Shown piece by piece: positions 9,896-20,800 of a stretch of 64,000 bases of DNA. The notes beneath the pieces are model-generated. The model saw only the letters and a program-made list of their open reading frames with translations. It ran no database searches and was not told the DNA's origin. Position numbers and translations under genes: made by a program. The stretch is from positions 124,001 to 188,000 of IMG/VR virus record IMGVR_UViG_3300024520_000047. One strand, written 5' to 3'. The stretch's first letter is position 1. Each line of letters opens with the position of its first letter.

Positions 9896-10648
9896 TTAAA
9901 TATTTTCTTCCTCATCTTCATTATATGCCCAACTTTTCTTGATGTCAGAGTCATTATAATTATCAACCTCCTGTTGTGTTAACACGTATTCATGCTTATC
10001 TTTTTGTTTGGACATCTCGCCTTGTTTCTCATCCCAAAAATCACTTATTTTTTGGTTGAATGGTCCACTATCCAAATATCTAAGGTCTAATTTTTCCTGT
10101 GGTGTTGGTGCACGGTATTTTTCAATTTTACTTTCTAGGTTTTCTACCGATGATACGATATTGTCCATATCGTTTAGTTTAGTCTCTAAATCATCTATTT
10201 TAGACATTAAAGAATCTATACTACCTTTTTGTGTTTCTATATTTTGTTCGAGTGAGTCTGTTTTATCACCAGCTTCTTTAGTCATAGTAACTAATTCCGT
10301 TACATCTAATTCTTCAACATTTTCTGTTGGTTCTTCATCTTCAATGTCATCTCCCAACACTATCTCATCACCAGTATCTGTAGTTTCTTCTTCACCAGCT
10401 AATTCAAATTCATCTCCCGCGTCGTCAGTTTCTTCTTCACCAGCTAATTCAAATTCATCGGTAGTCTCTTCTTCAGTATCATCAGGTTCAGCTAAATTTA
10501 ATTCATCATCTTCTTGTTCTAATTGGAATGCTCTGGTACCGAGCCCTAAAAATTGTTCATTTAATGGGTCAACATAACCATTAATGTTATTAAATCTTTT
10601 AACTTCTTCAGAAATTAAATTCTCGACAATGTTTGTGTGTTTGCTCAT
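9896..10648 (-). CDS. Acidic coiled-coil protein, possible prohead core/scaffold or internal protein
   Basis: LISEEVKRF...LNEQ leader, D/E-rich repeats, heptad region; function inferred. Confidence 0.45.
   Translation of the reverse strand: MSKHTNIVENLISEEVKRFNNINGYVDPLNEQFLGLGTRAFQLEQEDDELNLAEPDDTEEETTDEFELAGEEETDDAGDEFELAGEEETTDTGDEIVLGDDIEDEEPTENVEELDVTELVTMTKEAGDKTDSLEQNIETQKGSIDSLMSKIDDLETKLNDMDNIVSSVENLESKIEKYRAPTPQEKLDLRYLDSGPFNQKISDFWDEKQGEMSKQKDKHEYVLTQQEVDNYNDSDIKKSWAYNEDEEENI
10382..10459. repeat. 33-bp perfect direct repeat (45-bp period) encoding DEFELAGEEET twice
   Basis: agtttcttcttcaccagctaattcaaattcatc at 10382-10414 and 10427-10459. Confidence 0.9.
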
Positions 10649-10649
10649 C

Positions 10650-10856
10650 TTAATCCATTAATAATGTTCTACCGTCTTGGGTTACCATTTTTTTATTAAC
10701 TCTTTCAATAAGTCCATCTTTGCTTTTTATTGTATAACACTCACCAGTATCTTTATCACAGACCTCTTCAAAACCTTCTTCTTCTACTTTAAGGTCTTCT
10801 TTGGTTTTTATTTTTTTACCAAGAAACTTATCTAATTCTTTTTCTAAATTTTTCAT
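10650..10856 (-). CDS. Hypothetical small protein
   Basis: 68-aa ORF preceded by the TATTTATA motif (10872-10879); contains CDKDTGEC. Confidence 0.65.
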   Translation of the reverse strand: MKNLEKELDKFLGKKIKTKEDLKVEEEGFEEVCDKDTGECYTIKSKDGLIERVNKKMVTQDGRTLLMD

Positions 10857-10923
10857 AATGTTTTCTTTTACTATAAATATATGGTTAGATGTGAAATTAT
10901 CTAATTATATAATTCTTTTATAG

Positions 10924-13900
10924 TTATGCCAAATTATTTGCCCAAGTGGTGTCATTGGGGTATGGGGTGGGTGTGTATCCATGTGTATTTTTAATTTTAG
11001 CGTTTAAACCGGTTTTTACACGACTCATCGATACGTTCCCGTTGTTATCTTTCTTATCAAATAGTATCTCTATATAAGATAAGGATGTGGGCTTTGATAT
11101 CAAAAATTCCTTTAACTTATCGTTAAGGTTTGTGGTTAATGTACCAGTTGTTAAAGCTTCTTTCATTCTAAAACACGGACATCGTTTATTTGCAAATTCA
11201 TTATGCCCTTTAATCACTTTTTCCCACATTGTAGCTGGAACCCCAGAGTCACCCGAAACCCACTTATTATTCTTTATTTCAAAAAGTGCAACATCATTAT
11301 TGGGGTAATCTCTAAATTTTAAAACTAACTTTGTTGACAAATCAATGAATTTGAGACTAACTACTTCTTTATTAAATAATAACCATAACAATAACCACTC
11401 TAATGAGGTTTTTTGTGCTGTTGTGGGGTAATCCCCCCCTTTAGTGTCGTATGTTCCCATTTTTGAACAGTTAGCTATCATGGAAACTCCCATAGACTCC
11501 GAATTCTTACCTGTTACATGTGCCCCACTTAAATTAGCTGGTCGTGCACCTAACACGTGTCCATCTGTTGAGGAGCCCCCAGTTCCCCGAGAAATTAAAT
11601 AATGGTATCCTATTCCAGTAAATCCTCTATCTTTATGTTGTTTATTTATATTTTCTACTGGGTCTGCACCATAATCAATACCTGCCGTCACATGAACAAT
11701 GACCATTTTAACATTCTCTTTGGATAAACTAGAAGCTTGCCCTGAACTTTTTTCGTTTTCTCCTTCAGGACCAAACCCTCCTCTAGCAACTTTAGTTTGT
11801 GTTTGTGTTTGTTTTTGTCTAATTTTACTTATAAACGACTTATTTACCGTCCCAACTAAATTATCTACTTCTGGTAATCTATGGAATGGCACTCTTACAC
11901 CAGTAAATGTTGTACTCATAGTGTTTGGTTGTATTTGATGTTCCACTTCCAATATTAAATAAGGCCCACTAAACATCGGTACATGTCTTAAATTAAAATA
12001 CATTGTTGGTTGTATGCACACATTTCCCATAGCTTCTATCTTACACATATAAGACCTACTTTTATAAACGTTAAATAAGCTAATTCCTTGTGTTTTAATA
12101 TTATTATCATTAGCTGATTGAGCCATCATTTCTGTCACAATAAATGATTCTGAAGTATTTTTAAATTCACTTTGATTTAAACTTATGGATTTAAATACAC
12201 CCTGATTTTGTATACCAAAATCAACCGCAAATGATACTACTTTATTGCACCGTGCTGGGTCATAACAATCAGAAAATAATGGGTTGTCTGCTGTTCTTCC
12301 AAGCATAAATGAATCATTATTATATTTTGTTTGTGGACCTAAATCTGATAGTTGTGTTGAGGGGTCTCCGACATACTGGACAAGAAACTTGGGTGATGAG
12401 TCTAGGTAGTCTACTTCTAAATGAGTCCCAAAAACAGCATTTGCTTCATCTTGTGTACTTAGTTTTGGGATTTTTCTATTACCATCAGAAGTTATACCAT
12501 AAAAATTAATATAACTAGGCAACGCTAAAAAGTTAAAAAAGTTTCCTTGTAAAATAGAGCCAACCATGGTATATACACTATTATTAGCGTTAGCGTCATT
12601 ACCAAAATTTTTAATTGCATCTGTAGATATAATAGCGACATCCCCAATATCACGATTCGCTCTATCTAAAAATAGAAAATCTTTAAATAATAATTTATTA
12701 TTAAAATTCTCACCAGAAATCCACTTATCATTTAAAGTTTTAAAAACCAGATATTGTTCTAATTTATTTTCATCTGTATTATATATTGCTTTTTCTTGAA
12801 ATTCCTCACCTTGAGTTAAGGCAACTGTCGGTAATTCTGATTTTAAATCAATAAAAAACTGATTTAAGAAATTAAATTGTGCTTCATCAGATTTGTCTAT
12901 AATATAAGTTTTAATATTACTTTTAAAAATATCTGGGGTAAATGGTATTCCCGTTTCTTGAGCTAATAATTTTTGGGTTACATACATTCTTATTACTTTA
13001 CGTAGCAATGTAATGTTGTTACTTGTAAATTCGATATCCATTTCTTTAAAGAAATCTGTAACCAAAGACCCACTATCACTATAAGATAGACCTTTAGTGC
13101 TTCCAGATGATGAATCATCATAAAAACCTACTTCTAATTGTAGTGTTTGCCATGTTTGTGGATTTCCTAGTTGGGAATTAGCTACTGTAAGTTCAGGCGG
13201 TAAATTATTGGAATATGAACCAAAATTAAAATAGTCTGCATCACCAACAATAGTTCTTAATACTCTAATATTGACATCTTTAGGGTTATAAAAATTAAAA
13301 GCTACTTGTTGTTTTAAAAATGTAGTTAATGTGGTGCTAATTTTATTTAATTGTATCTTACCTAAATTAAAACTAAATTCTGTAGTATCTGCTGCCGCAA
13401 CCACTAAATCCTTTTTAATTGTTAACATTTGTCGTAATACCGATTGAAAGGTCTGTACTGTTGGATTAGTAACGAGACCCCCACTAACATCCAATACACT
13501 ATTGTTGTCCGATTCTTTTTTACAGAAATCTAAAAAATAATTTTCAAATACATCTAGTATGTCTGGGGTAAAAATATCAAAAAGTTCTTCTATGCTGCTA
13601 TATTCAGTAGTATTTGTAATATTAAATGAATTTTGACTATCATTTTCATTATCAATAACTTTTAAGTACTGCTTGGGTGTGGGATAAGTGTTACTATTAT
13701 GTTCAAAAAATCCATAACTTGACATTCCCCACGCTAATCGTATAGCTCCGTTATGTGTTATCGGGTTATTAACCAGTTTTTGTGGGTCATTAACTTCAAA
13801 TTGTAGTTGTTGTGTTTTCATTCCACCAGCTGACGGAAATAAAAAATAACTAGGTGTTGTATATCCAGTTAAAAATGAATCTCTGGTTGTATCATAATAA

Positions 13901-16900
13901 TTATACCAAAAAGTACAATTCATATCCGATGTATTATTTGGATTTGCACTACTATTAATAATTAAAGCGTTTGCTTGAGTAACAACCATTGTGTCATCAT
14001 TAATAAATGCATTAATTTCATTACTTGTTATTCCGCTACCGGTAATGTTACTACCATTATATAATAACCTTCCCGTTAAAAAATAACTCATATAGTTATT
14101 TAGTTCTGGGTAAAACCCTACATTAATTTTTGTAAAATTACCACCAATATTCCATTCCCCACCAAAAATTATTGGGGTTTTATTGGGTCCTAAATTTAAA
14201 TTATATTGTGTATTTAAACCTGTGTTATAATTAAAATATTGGTTCGCGTCAAAATTATCCCATACTCCAGCCAACACATCATTTCCTGTTTCTATGTAAG
14301 TTTTATAACGATGCCAAATACTTCCATATTTTAAAATCCACGCATAAGGTAACGGATGAACCGCAGATACCTGATTAAGAACTTTAGCAATATAATCACC
14401 ATATGCATCAACAGATGATGTACTACCAAGTAGTAAAGTTTTCTCCCTTAGGGTTGACAGTGGTAATGAATTTAAAAATAAATAAGCCGAACTGATATAT
14501 GGGTTTGTAACATCATTAATTTCATTCTTAATTCCATCAATTAAAGAATTTAAAAAATATGGTGTATTTAGAATTGATGTGATTTGTTTTTGTCCAACAC
14601 TTCCACTGTATGTTATGCCATAATCTATAGTTCCTTCTGTTAGAAATAACGGATGGTTTTTAGCTGTAGTTAAATTGACGAGTTTAGAATAAAAATTGGT
14701 GTAGGATTCTACAGTATTTTGTAAATCCACATTTCTAGTGGTAATTTGTGCATCAATAAGTGGGGTATAATCCGAATACAACCATTCAGCATCATTATAA
14801 AATTTAGGATTAGTGATTAAACCTTCTATGGTTCCATAGGAACTATACATTTTTTGAGATTTAACAAACGATAGACTTTGACCTATAGAATTCAGTTCTT
14901 GGTAGGTCCCGATATTTACCCCGCCAGCTAAATTACTTTTAGTCCATGACTCCTGAGTATATTGTACAGTAAGAGTACATGCACTATTAACACTATCCCA
15001 CGTGCCTCCTGACAGTAAACACTCAGTTTCTGTAGATAGATACGTAGTCGATAGTGATGTCCCTTCAAAATCGGAAAATGGATATGTTTCTAAGGGAGCT
15101 TCAAACCCTTCTTGTCCCGGTGGGTTAAAAAGAGAATTTTCGAATACTTCTATATCTGGACCTATATCCCCGTCATTACTATAATAATTTACACTACCAA
15201 ATCCTATATTACTCAATAAAGAAAATCTAGAATCATTAATTTTTTCTCTAATGTATGGTGTGTTATACTCATCTCTAATTAATAATTGATAGGCTGTTTG
15301 TGGTGCTAATTTTTGTAATTCCTCTAAAAAAGTATTATAATTAAAATTTTGATTTTTAAAAAATTCTTGTAGGTCAAAATACCCTTTAGTTTTGGTTACT
15401 AAATTTAAAGATTCAAAATGGGCTAAAGAATTTAAAAGTAGTTTTAATTTATCTGTCCCCAACCTATTTATCATTCCAGAAAAAAACATGTGAACTGTGC
15501 TCCTATCCCATATTTCATAATTCATAGAGGTATAAGTTGCTGTCTGATATAGATTATTTTCCAATAAATCAAATGAAGTAATTGGTAACCAATTTTCACC
15601 AACAGTAGCAACGTCAAACTCTACATTAGTGTTTGTGTCTTTTATTTTTTGTGCTTTAAAAAATTCTTCCACAAAATCAACTTCAGGCCATAACACTGGG
15701 TCATATGCTTTTGTAGCACTTATTACTTTTACACTTCCGGGATATGTACTTATAAATGAAGGCACACCATTAGACTCTTCTCTAATATAGTAATGAGGCC
15801 ACGGATAAATAAATTCATCTTCTGGTAATTCAGAACTAAGTGTCTCTTTACCACCACCTTTTACCGCTTCTCTTCTATATGGTGAATTTCTAACAGCAAA
15901 AGCTTTTGTGTGGGTGTCATCCATTAATCTTAAAAAAGTATCGGCCTGAGCTATAATAATAGCGAATATGTTTCTCACCGTAGGTTTAAACCCTAAAGCT
16001 TGAATTACTAATTTATTAACATTTTGTGTTAAATCTTGTTCAATTTTATTCCTTTTTGTATTAAAGATAGAAAAAACATTCCCTATTTTTTCACCAAAAG
16101 TCTCAGCTCTAATGTCAAATACAAACCACTCAGCTGTATACTGGTCAAACCCTTCAGGTCTAGGAGCGATAAAATCTTCATATGTTATAGTAACAGGAAT
16201 TGAGCTGTCCCCATTTTTACCAAAGGTTGGGTTTTTTTCTAATAATTTATTGAATTTATCTATTGTTTGTTTCAATGATTCAATAGCTGATTGTCTATTG
16301 GTTTCATCGTCTAAATATGCTTTTTTCCATCTATAATAAACTTCCTGAGTACCAACATCCTCATAGGGATGATTTGCTGAATCAATAGATGTATCCATAT
16401 ATGTATATTTCCAACCACCTGGGTCTAAAATTTTTTTTCTATAGATGTCCACATTTTTATCATAATCTTCAATATCATCTAAAACTTTTAAATCTTCCTT
16501 CTCTAAGCTTTTTTCTATATCACCTTCTAAACTATTAACTCTTTTGATTAGTTCATCTAAAGTTAAATGTGGTAAATTATCGGGAACTAAATTTAATGAT
16601 TTATAACTGGTATAGATATCCTCCAATACTTGTCTACCCCTGCTAGTCATTACAGTTTTAGGTTCCTCACTGTCGTCGTTTGGGTTATTTACCGTATAGG
16701 TCTTAGAAAACATATATGGAGCTGCTCTTAATTCTTGTAATGTAATATCATTGAGTAACGCAGCTATTCTACCAATAAAAACACAACTTACAATATAGTT
16801 TCCTGTCGCTCCATCAAAAGAAGCGTTAAATGTTTGTAACATTAATTGGTATTTCACGGCTTTACCATAATATCCTTTTAAAATTAAATTAAATAACGGA

Positions 16901-17454
16901 TAAGGTAACTGAAAAAATGCAGCATATGGAGAATTTGGTCCTTGTTCAAATAAAGTTTGACCTCTAACATCAATAAAGGTTATATTTACTTGTGGTATAA
17001 ACCCCTTTTTAATTGTGACGGTAATATTCTCAATTCCAAAAGATTCACTATCTGGTTTTTCTCTAGAAAAATCTTGTCCAGTAAGGGGGTCTTTATACGT
17101 ATTAGAATAATTTTGATTAAGCCCACCTCCGCGAGTACTTCCAACTCCCGTTTGCATGTCAGTCCAATTTGTTGTTAAAAAATCTTTGTTACCGGGTTTA
17201 AGAAAATTTATATCACCTTCAAATATATCAACAAAAGATTCTGGATTTTGACTATCTAAAGCTGCTCCAGAAATTAACTTACTCCTAGGCACAACTCTAG
17301 CTGTTAAATTAGCATATATTGTTAAATTTTCTGGTTCGACTAATCTGGGAACTGCACTACCATTTTCATAAACCTTATTGGGGTCAACTAAAAGTATATT
17401 GTTCTCTGAAAATTCAACTAAAACATTATTACCATTTGAAATCTCATTTGCCAT
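10924..17454 (-). CDS. Giant baseplate hub-like protein with a C-terminal N-acetylmuramoyl-L-alanine amidase (Amidase_2/T7 lysozyme-like) domain
   Basis: Hub-like N-terminus (FGIENITVTI...VNITFIDVRGQTLF); C-terminal IVHVTA...IGYHY...GAHVTGKNSESMGV...GHNEFANKRCPCF; located in the baseplate cluster. Confidence 0.75.
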   Translation of the reverse strand: MANEISNGNNVLVEFSENNILLVDPNKVYENGSAVPRLVEPENLTIYANLTARVVPRSKLISGAALDSQNPESFVDIFEGDINFLKPGNKDFLTTNWTDMQTGVGSTRGGGLNQNYSNTYKDPLTGQDFSREKPDSESFGIENITVTIKKGFIPQVNITFIDVRGQTLFEQGPNSPYAAFFQLPYPLFNLILKGYYGKAVKYQLMLQTFNASFDGATGNYIVSCVFIGRIAALLNDITLQELRAAPYMFSKTYTVNNPNDDSEEPKTVMTSRGRQVLEDIYTSYKSLNLVPDNLPHLTLDELIKRVNSLEGDIEKSLEKEDLKVLDDIEDYDKNVDIYRKKILDPGGWKYTYMDTSIDSANHPYEDVGTQEVYYRWKKAYLDDETNRQSAIESLKQTIDKFNKLLEKNPTFGKNGDSSIPVTITYEDFIAPRPEGFDQYTAEWFVFDIRAETFGEKIGNVFSIFNTKRNKIEQDLTQNVNKLVIQALGFKPTVRNIFAIIIAQADTFLRLMDDTHTKAFAVRNSPYRREAVKGGGKETLSSELPEDEFIYPWPHYYIREESNGVPSFISTYPGSVKVISATKAYDPVLWPEVDFVEEFFKAQKIKDTNTNVEFDVATVGENWLPITSFDLLENNLYQTATYTSMNYEIWDRSTVHMFFSGMINRLGTDKLKLLLNSLAHFESLNLVTKTKGYFDLQEFFKNQNFNYNTFLEELQKLAPQTAYQLLIRDEYNTPYIREKINDSRFSLLSNIGFGSVNYYSNDGDIGPDIEVFENSLFNPPGQEGFEAPLETYPFSDFEGTSLSTTYLSTETECLLSGGTWDSVNSACTLTVQYTQESWTKSNLAGGVNIGTYQELNSIGQSLSFVKSQKMYSSYGTIEGLITNPKFYNDAEWLYSDYTPLIDAQITTRNVDLQNTVESYTNFYSKLVNLTTAKNHPLFLTEGTIDYGITYSGSVGQKQITSILNTPYFLNSLIDGIKNEINDVTNPYISSAYLFLNSLPLSTLREKTLLLGSTSSVDAYGDYIAKVLNQVSAVHPLPYAWILKYGSIWHRYKTYIETGNDVLAGVWDNFDANQYFNYNTGLNTQYNLNLGPNKTPIIFGGEWNIGGNFTKINVGFYPELNNYMSYFLTGRLLYNGSNITGSGITSNEINAFINDDTMVVTQANALIINSSANPNNTSDMNCTFWYNYYDTTRDSFLTGYTTPSYFLFPSAGGMKTQQLQFEVNDPQKLVNNPITHNGAIRLAWGMSSYGFFEHNSNTYPTPKQYLKVIDNENDSQNSFNITNTTEYSSIEELFDIFTPDILDVFENYFLDFCKKESDNNSVLDVSGGLVTNPTVQTFQSVLRQMLTIKKDLVVAAADTTEFSFNLGKIQLNKISTTLTTFLKQQVAFNFYNPKDVNIRVLRTIVGDADYFNFGSYSNNLPPELTVANSQLGNPQTWQTLQLEVGFYDDSSSGSTKGLSYSDSGSLVTDFFKEMDIEFTSNNITLLRKVIRMYVTQKLLAQETGIPFTPDIFKSNIKTYIIDKSDEAQFNFLNQFFIDLKSELPTVALTQGEEFQEKAIYNTDENKLEQYLVFKTLNDKWISGENFNNKLLFKDFLFLDRANRDIGDVAIISTDAIKNFGNDANANNSVYTMVGSILQGNFFNFLALPSYINFYGITSDGNRKIPKLSTQDEANAVFGTHLEVDYLDSSPKFLVQYVGDPSTQLSDLGPQTKYNNDSFMLGRTADNPLFSDCYDPARCNKVVSFAVDFGIQNQGVFKSISLNQSEFKNTSESFIVTEMMAQSANDNNIKTQGISLFNVYKSRSYMCKIEAMGNVCIQPTMYFNLRHVPMFSGPYLILEVEHQIQPNTMSTTFTGVRVPFHRLPEVDNLVGTVNKSFISKIRQKQTQTQTKVARGGFGPEGENEKSSGQASSLSKENVKMVIVHVTAGIDYGADPVENINKQHKDRGFTGIGYHYLISRGTGGSSTDGHVLGARPANLSGAHVTGKNSESMGVSMIANCSKMGTYDTKGGDYPTTAQKTSLEWLLLWLLFNKEVVSLKFIDLSTKLVLKFRDYPNNDVALFEIKNNKWVSGDSGVPATMWEKVIKGHNEFANKRCPCFRMKEALTTGTLTTNLNDKLKEFLISKPTSLSYIEILFDKKDNNGNVSMSRVKTGLNAKIKNTHGYTPTPYPNDTTWANNLA

Positions 17455-17465
17455 TTACTTAAACT

Positions 17466-17873
17466 TTAAAATGGGGTTCCCTTATATGTTATGCCCACCT
17501 GTGTTATGGGTTTACTTCCAATATCTGGTACACTGTAATTATTTGTAGGTAAATTTTTACCATAATAAAAGAAATAATCGTCCGTGGCTTTTTTATAAGC
17601 CTGTAACGAAGCTACTAAAGGATACGGAACAATCAATACTTGACCGTCCCTAATATTCCATTCTAAGCCACCAACCGATGGATTAGCTTGTAATATTAAC
17701 CAACCAAAATACGGACTCTCATAATATTGTTGGCTTATCTTATCCAAACGAGACCTACCTGCCTTATAAACTACTTTTTTATCACTTCCTTTTGAAGGTA
17801 ATTTTAAAAATGGTACAGTAATATTTTCACCATTAATTATAAAATCTGTATATCGGTTATAATAATTTGCCAT
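17466..17873 (-). CDS. Baseplate protein, gp53/tail-X/LysM-like
   Basis: SRLDKISQQYYESPYFGWLILQANP motif. Confidence 0.75.
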   Translation of the reverse strand: MANYYNRYTDFIINGENITVPFLKLPSKGSDKKVVYKAGRSRLDKISQQYYESPYFGWLILQANPSVGGLEWNIRDGQVLIVPYPLVASLQAYKKATDDYFFYYGKNLPTNNYSVPDIGSKPITQVGITYKGTPF

Positions 17874-17875
17874 AG

Positions 17876-20800
17876 TTAAGTAAATTTTAAATTAAAGTCT
17901 GGGGTAGAAGGTTCAGCATTTTTATTAGAATTATATTCTCTTATATTTTTTTCTATGTCTGTGTTGGTGACTTTAGTGTATCCTAGTTTTCTAGTTTTTT
18001 CATTTTTAATAACAACACCCGGTGTGTTAAATTCTGTGGCCGTCGCTAATCCTTGTGTCAGGTAAGATGTACTCTCACTTATAACTTTTTCTATAAAATT
18101 ATCTTTAACAGATACAAGTTGTTCCAAATAATAATTCTCATTTAGTGGTATCCCTTTATTTAAATTAACTTTCATATAAACAATCCAAGGTGGGTTTGTT
18201 GCGGGGTCGATATCTAAGGCATCCTTTAGGTCTTCAAAAAATTCCCCGTCACCAGAATACCCCAACGAATTTTCTTTAAAATAAGAAATATCTTGGCTTA
18301 CTTTACTATCTATAACTGATTTATCTAATATTCCATTAGAAAATAAAAGGTACTCTGTTTTAAAATCTTTTAATCTAAGTGCTTGTTTATTTTCAAAGTC
18401 TACTTCACCATTTGTCAAGCTATAATTTCCAGTAGCGGTTAAATCTGTGGTAGATACATCAGATGTTCCGTCTAGAAAAACTTTTGGGCTGCTACCATTC
18501 ATTAATTTAGAATAACAACTTAATAGGTTAGTAAGATAAAAATAATCGTTACCCAACTCAACTAATGTATTTGATGGAGTGCTTGGTTGGCCTGGTTGTT
18601 GAGATGTTGCGTCCACTGGTGTGCCTCCACTTAGTTGGAATGTTGTGGTTTTTCCTTCTTCTATATAACCATCACCCCCTCTATTAACAACATTTAAGGG
18701 TGTAACATGTTTTAAATATTCTAAGTGTGCACTTCTTATGTTAATTTCAGCTTCTTCTAACTCTCCAGCCACACTGACTCCACCCGCGGTTGCTATATCT
18801 AATTGTTCTTCTAAAAAATCTTTTACTTTTCTTTTTTGAGCGTTAGTGGGGTTCGTGGTATTGAATGCTTTTTGTACACCAGTAGTTTCATTTTCTATTA
18901 GGATTCTATAATTCGCAACTAAATCATTAAGTCTTTTTTGATAATCTAGTGGGATACCCACCAATTCACCCTCTATTGTATCATACGTTAATGGTCCTGT
19001 AGCTCTATAATATTCTCCTGTTTCCCATTGTTTTTCCGCGTACAATAATTCTAATAAACCATAATTATAATTTGTGACTAATTTAAATATTGCCCCATTA
19101 ACTTCTTTTAAATATTTGTAGGCTTTTTCATTTATATCTGTAAACGTTCTTTCGTATTTTACAATACCCGTTTCACCTGTTGATGTGAGTTGTTGTTCTT
19201 CCCTATTTCCAATCATTATACCATCATTTGGCGCTGTATTATCTTCTTCAGTTTGTGCTGCTTCATCTTCTGGATTGGGTGCACCAGTCGCTTGTGTTGT
19301 TTTTATTAAGTCTTGGTTTTGTTTTATCCAAGCTGCCTCATCTGGGTCTTCATCTGTTACCGTAAACACTGCTCGGTCATCGTACATTTCAGTATTCGCA
19401 TAATAATTAAACGATAAAGCGTTTTGTAACCTTGAAACGGGCTCTTTTAATCCTTGTCCACCCAAATATTTAAATGTTATTGCAACACTAGCAATCATTG
19501 GTTGTACCCCAATACCTTCGGGATTTAAATCCAATAAATTATCATCATAAGTAAAACTAACATTATCAATAGCAATTTTAGTGTGGTAGAAATCACCAAC
19601 TCTAAGTACACAAATTGGTGGTGCACCAAAAGCTGTGTTCTTTGCGTCTACAGCTGTAGTAGTCCCACCACCTTCTAATTTGGTGGGTATGGTAGCTCCC
19701 GGTCTAACACATTGATTTAAAAAAGTTAACCGGCTATTTAATCCTTCTGGTGTAATTGAATGGAAGGCTGGTTGAAAGAATTTAAATTTTTGTTTTAGGG
19801 TATCATAAATAAATTCATTTTCTTCTTTTATTAAATCGAAATAATCACATTCTGTAACCATTTTTTGTAAAATTTTATTAGCTATTTCTCTTCTAGTGTT
19901 TTTGTCTTGTAATTTAGCTTCTTTTTTCTTTTTAGCTAAGGGCCTATCTTTTCTTATTGCTGATTTGGGTGGCACTGGGTCTAGTGGTGGGGAGGTAATT
20001 TCAATATCAGACATAGCGACCTTTCTACACTCAGCTGCTGCTTGAGAAAATACAGAACTACTTATTTCAGCATCGTCTTCTGAACTACACTGGGATTCTC
20101 CTAAAGCTTGTGGGGTTGGAAATATTAATCTGCTATCCTCCATTGCTGTTTTAAAAACATTTTTACCTCCTAAAGTATAGTTTTGGAACATTTGTCTGAC
20201 GGAGTCTAACCGTCTTTCCGACAATTTTTTATTATACCCTGAAGAAGCAAGGGAGCTCGCTGTACCCACAAAAGATAACTTAACGGTGTAATTATCCTCT
20301 AAAGCTTTATGTAATTTTTCAGTAAATTCTTTCCACCTAACATTATAGTCATTTCTTGCATCAGTAAACCAAGTAGTTAATGGGGTCTTTTCACTTTCAG
20401 AAACTTGTCCTAAATATCTATTTTCAGTAACTTTATCCTCCCCTAAATAACTTTCACCATTTTTTGACCCACCACCAACAGCTAATACATTAAAAGGCAC
20501 TGTGCTGGTAACCCTGTTGGTATCTGGGTCAGGATAATCATTTTCAAAATAAAACGGTAATCCCTTATAAGCTTCAAAATCTGGTTTCTCTGTAGTTGTT
20601 TCTTTTAAGTCTGGTGTGGTCGTGTCTGCTTCCGCTATTGTGGACGCTTGTGAATTTTGGTTTACATCTCGACTATTCAAAACTTGTGTTATCTCAGCTA
20701 ATTCATTTACTGAAAATTGTTTCCATTTTCGTGCTAAATCATATATGTCATAATGTTTACATCCAGCAAAAAAGGAATCAACTATCGCGTCTGTCTCTGC

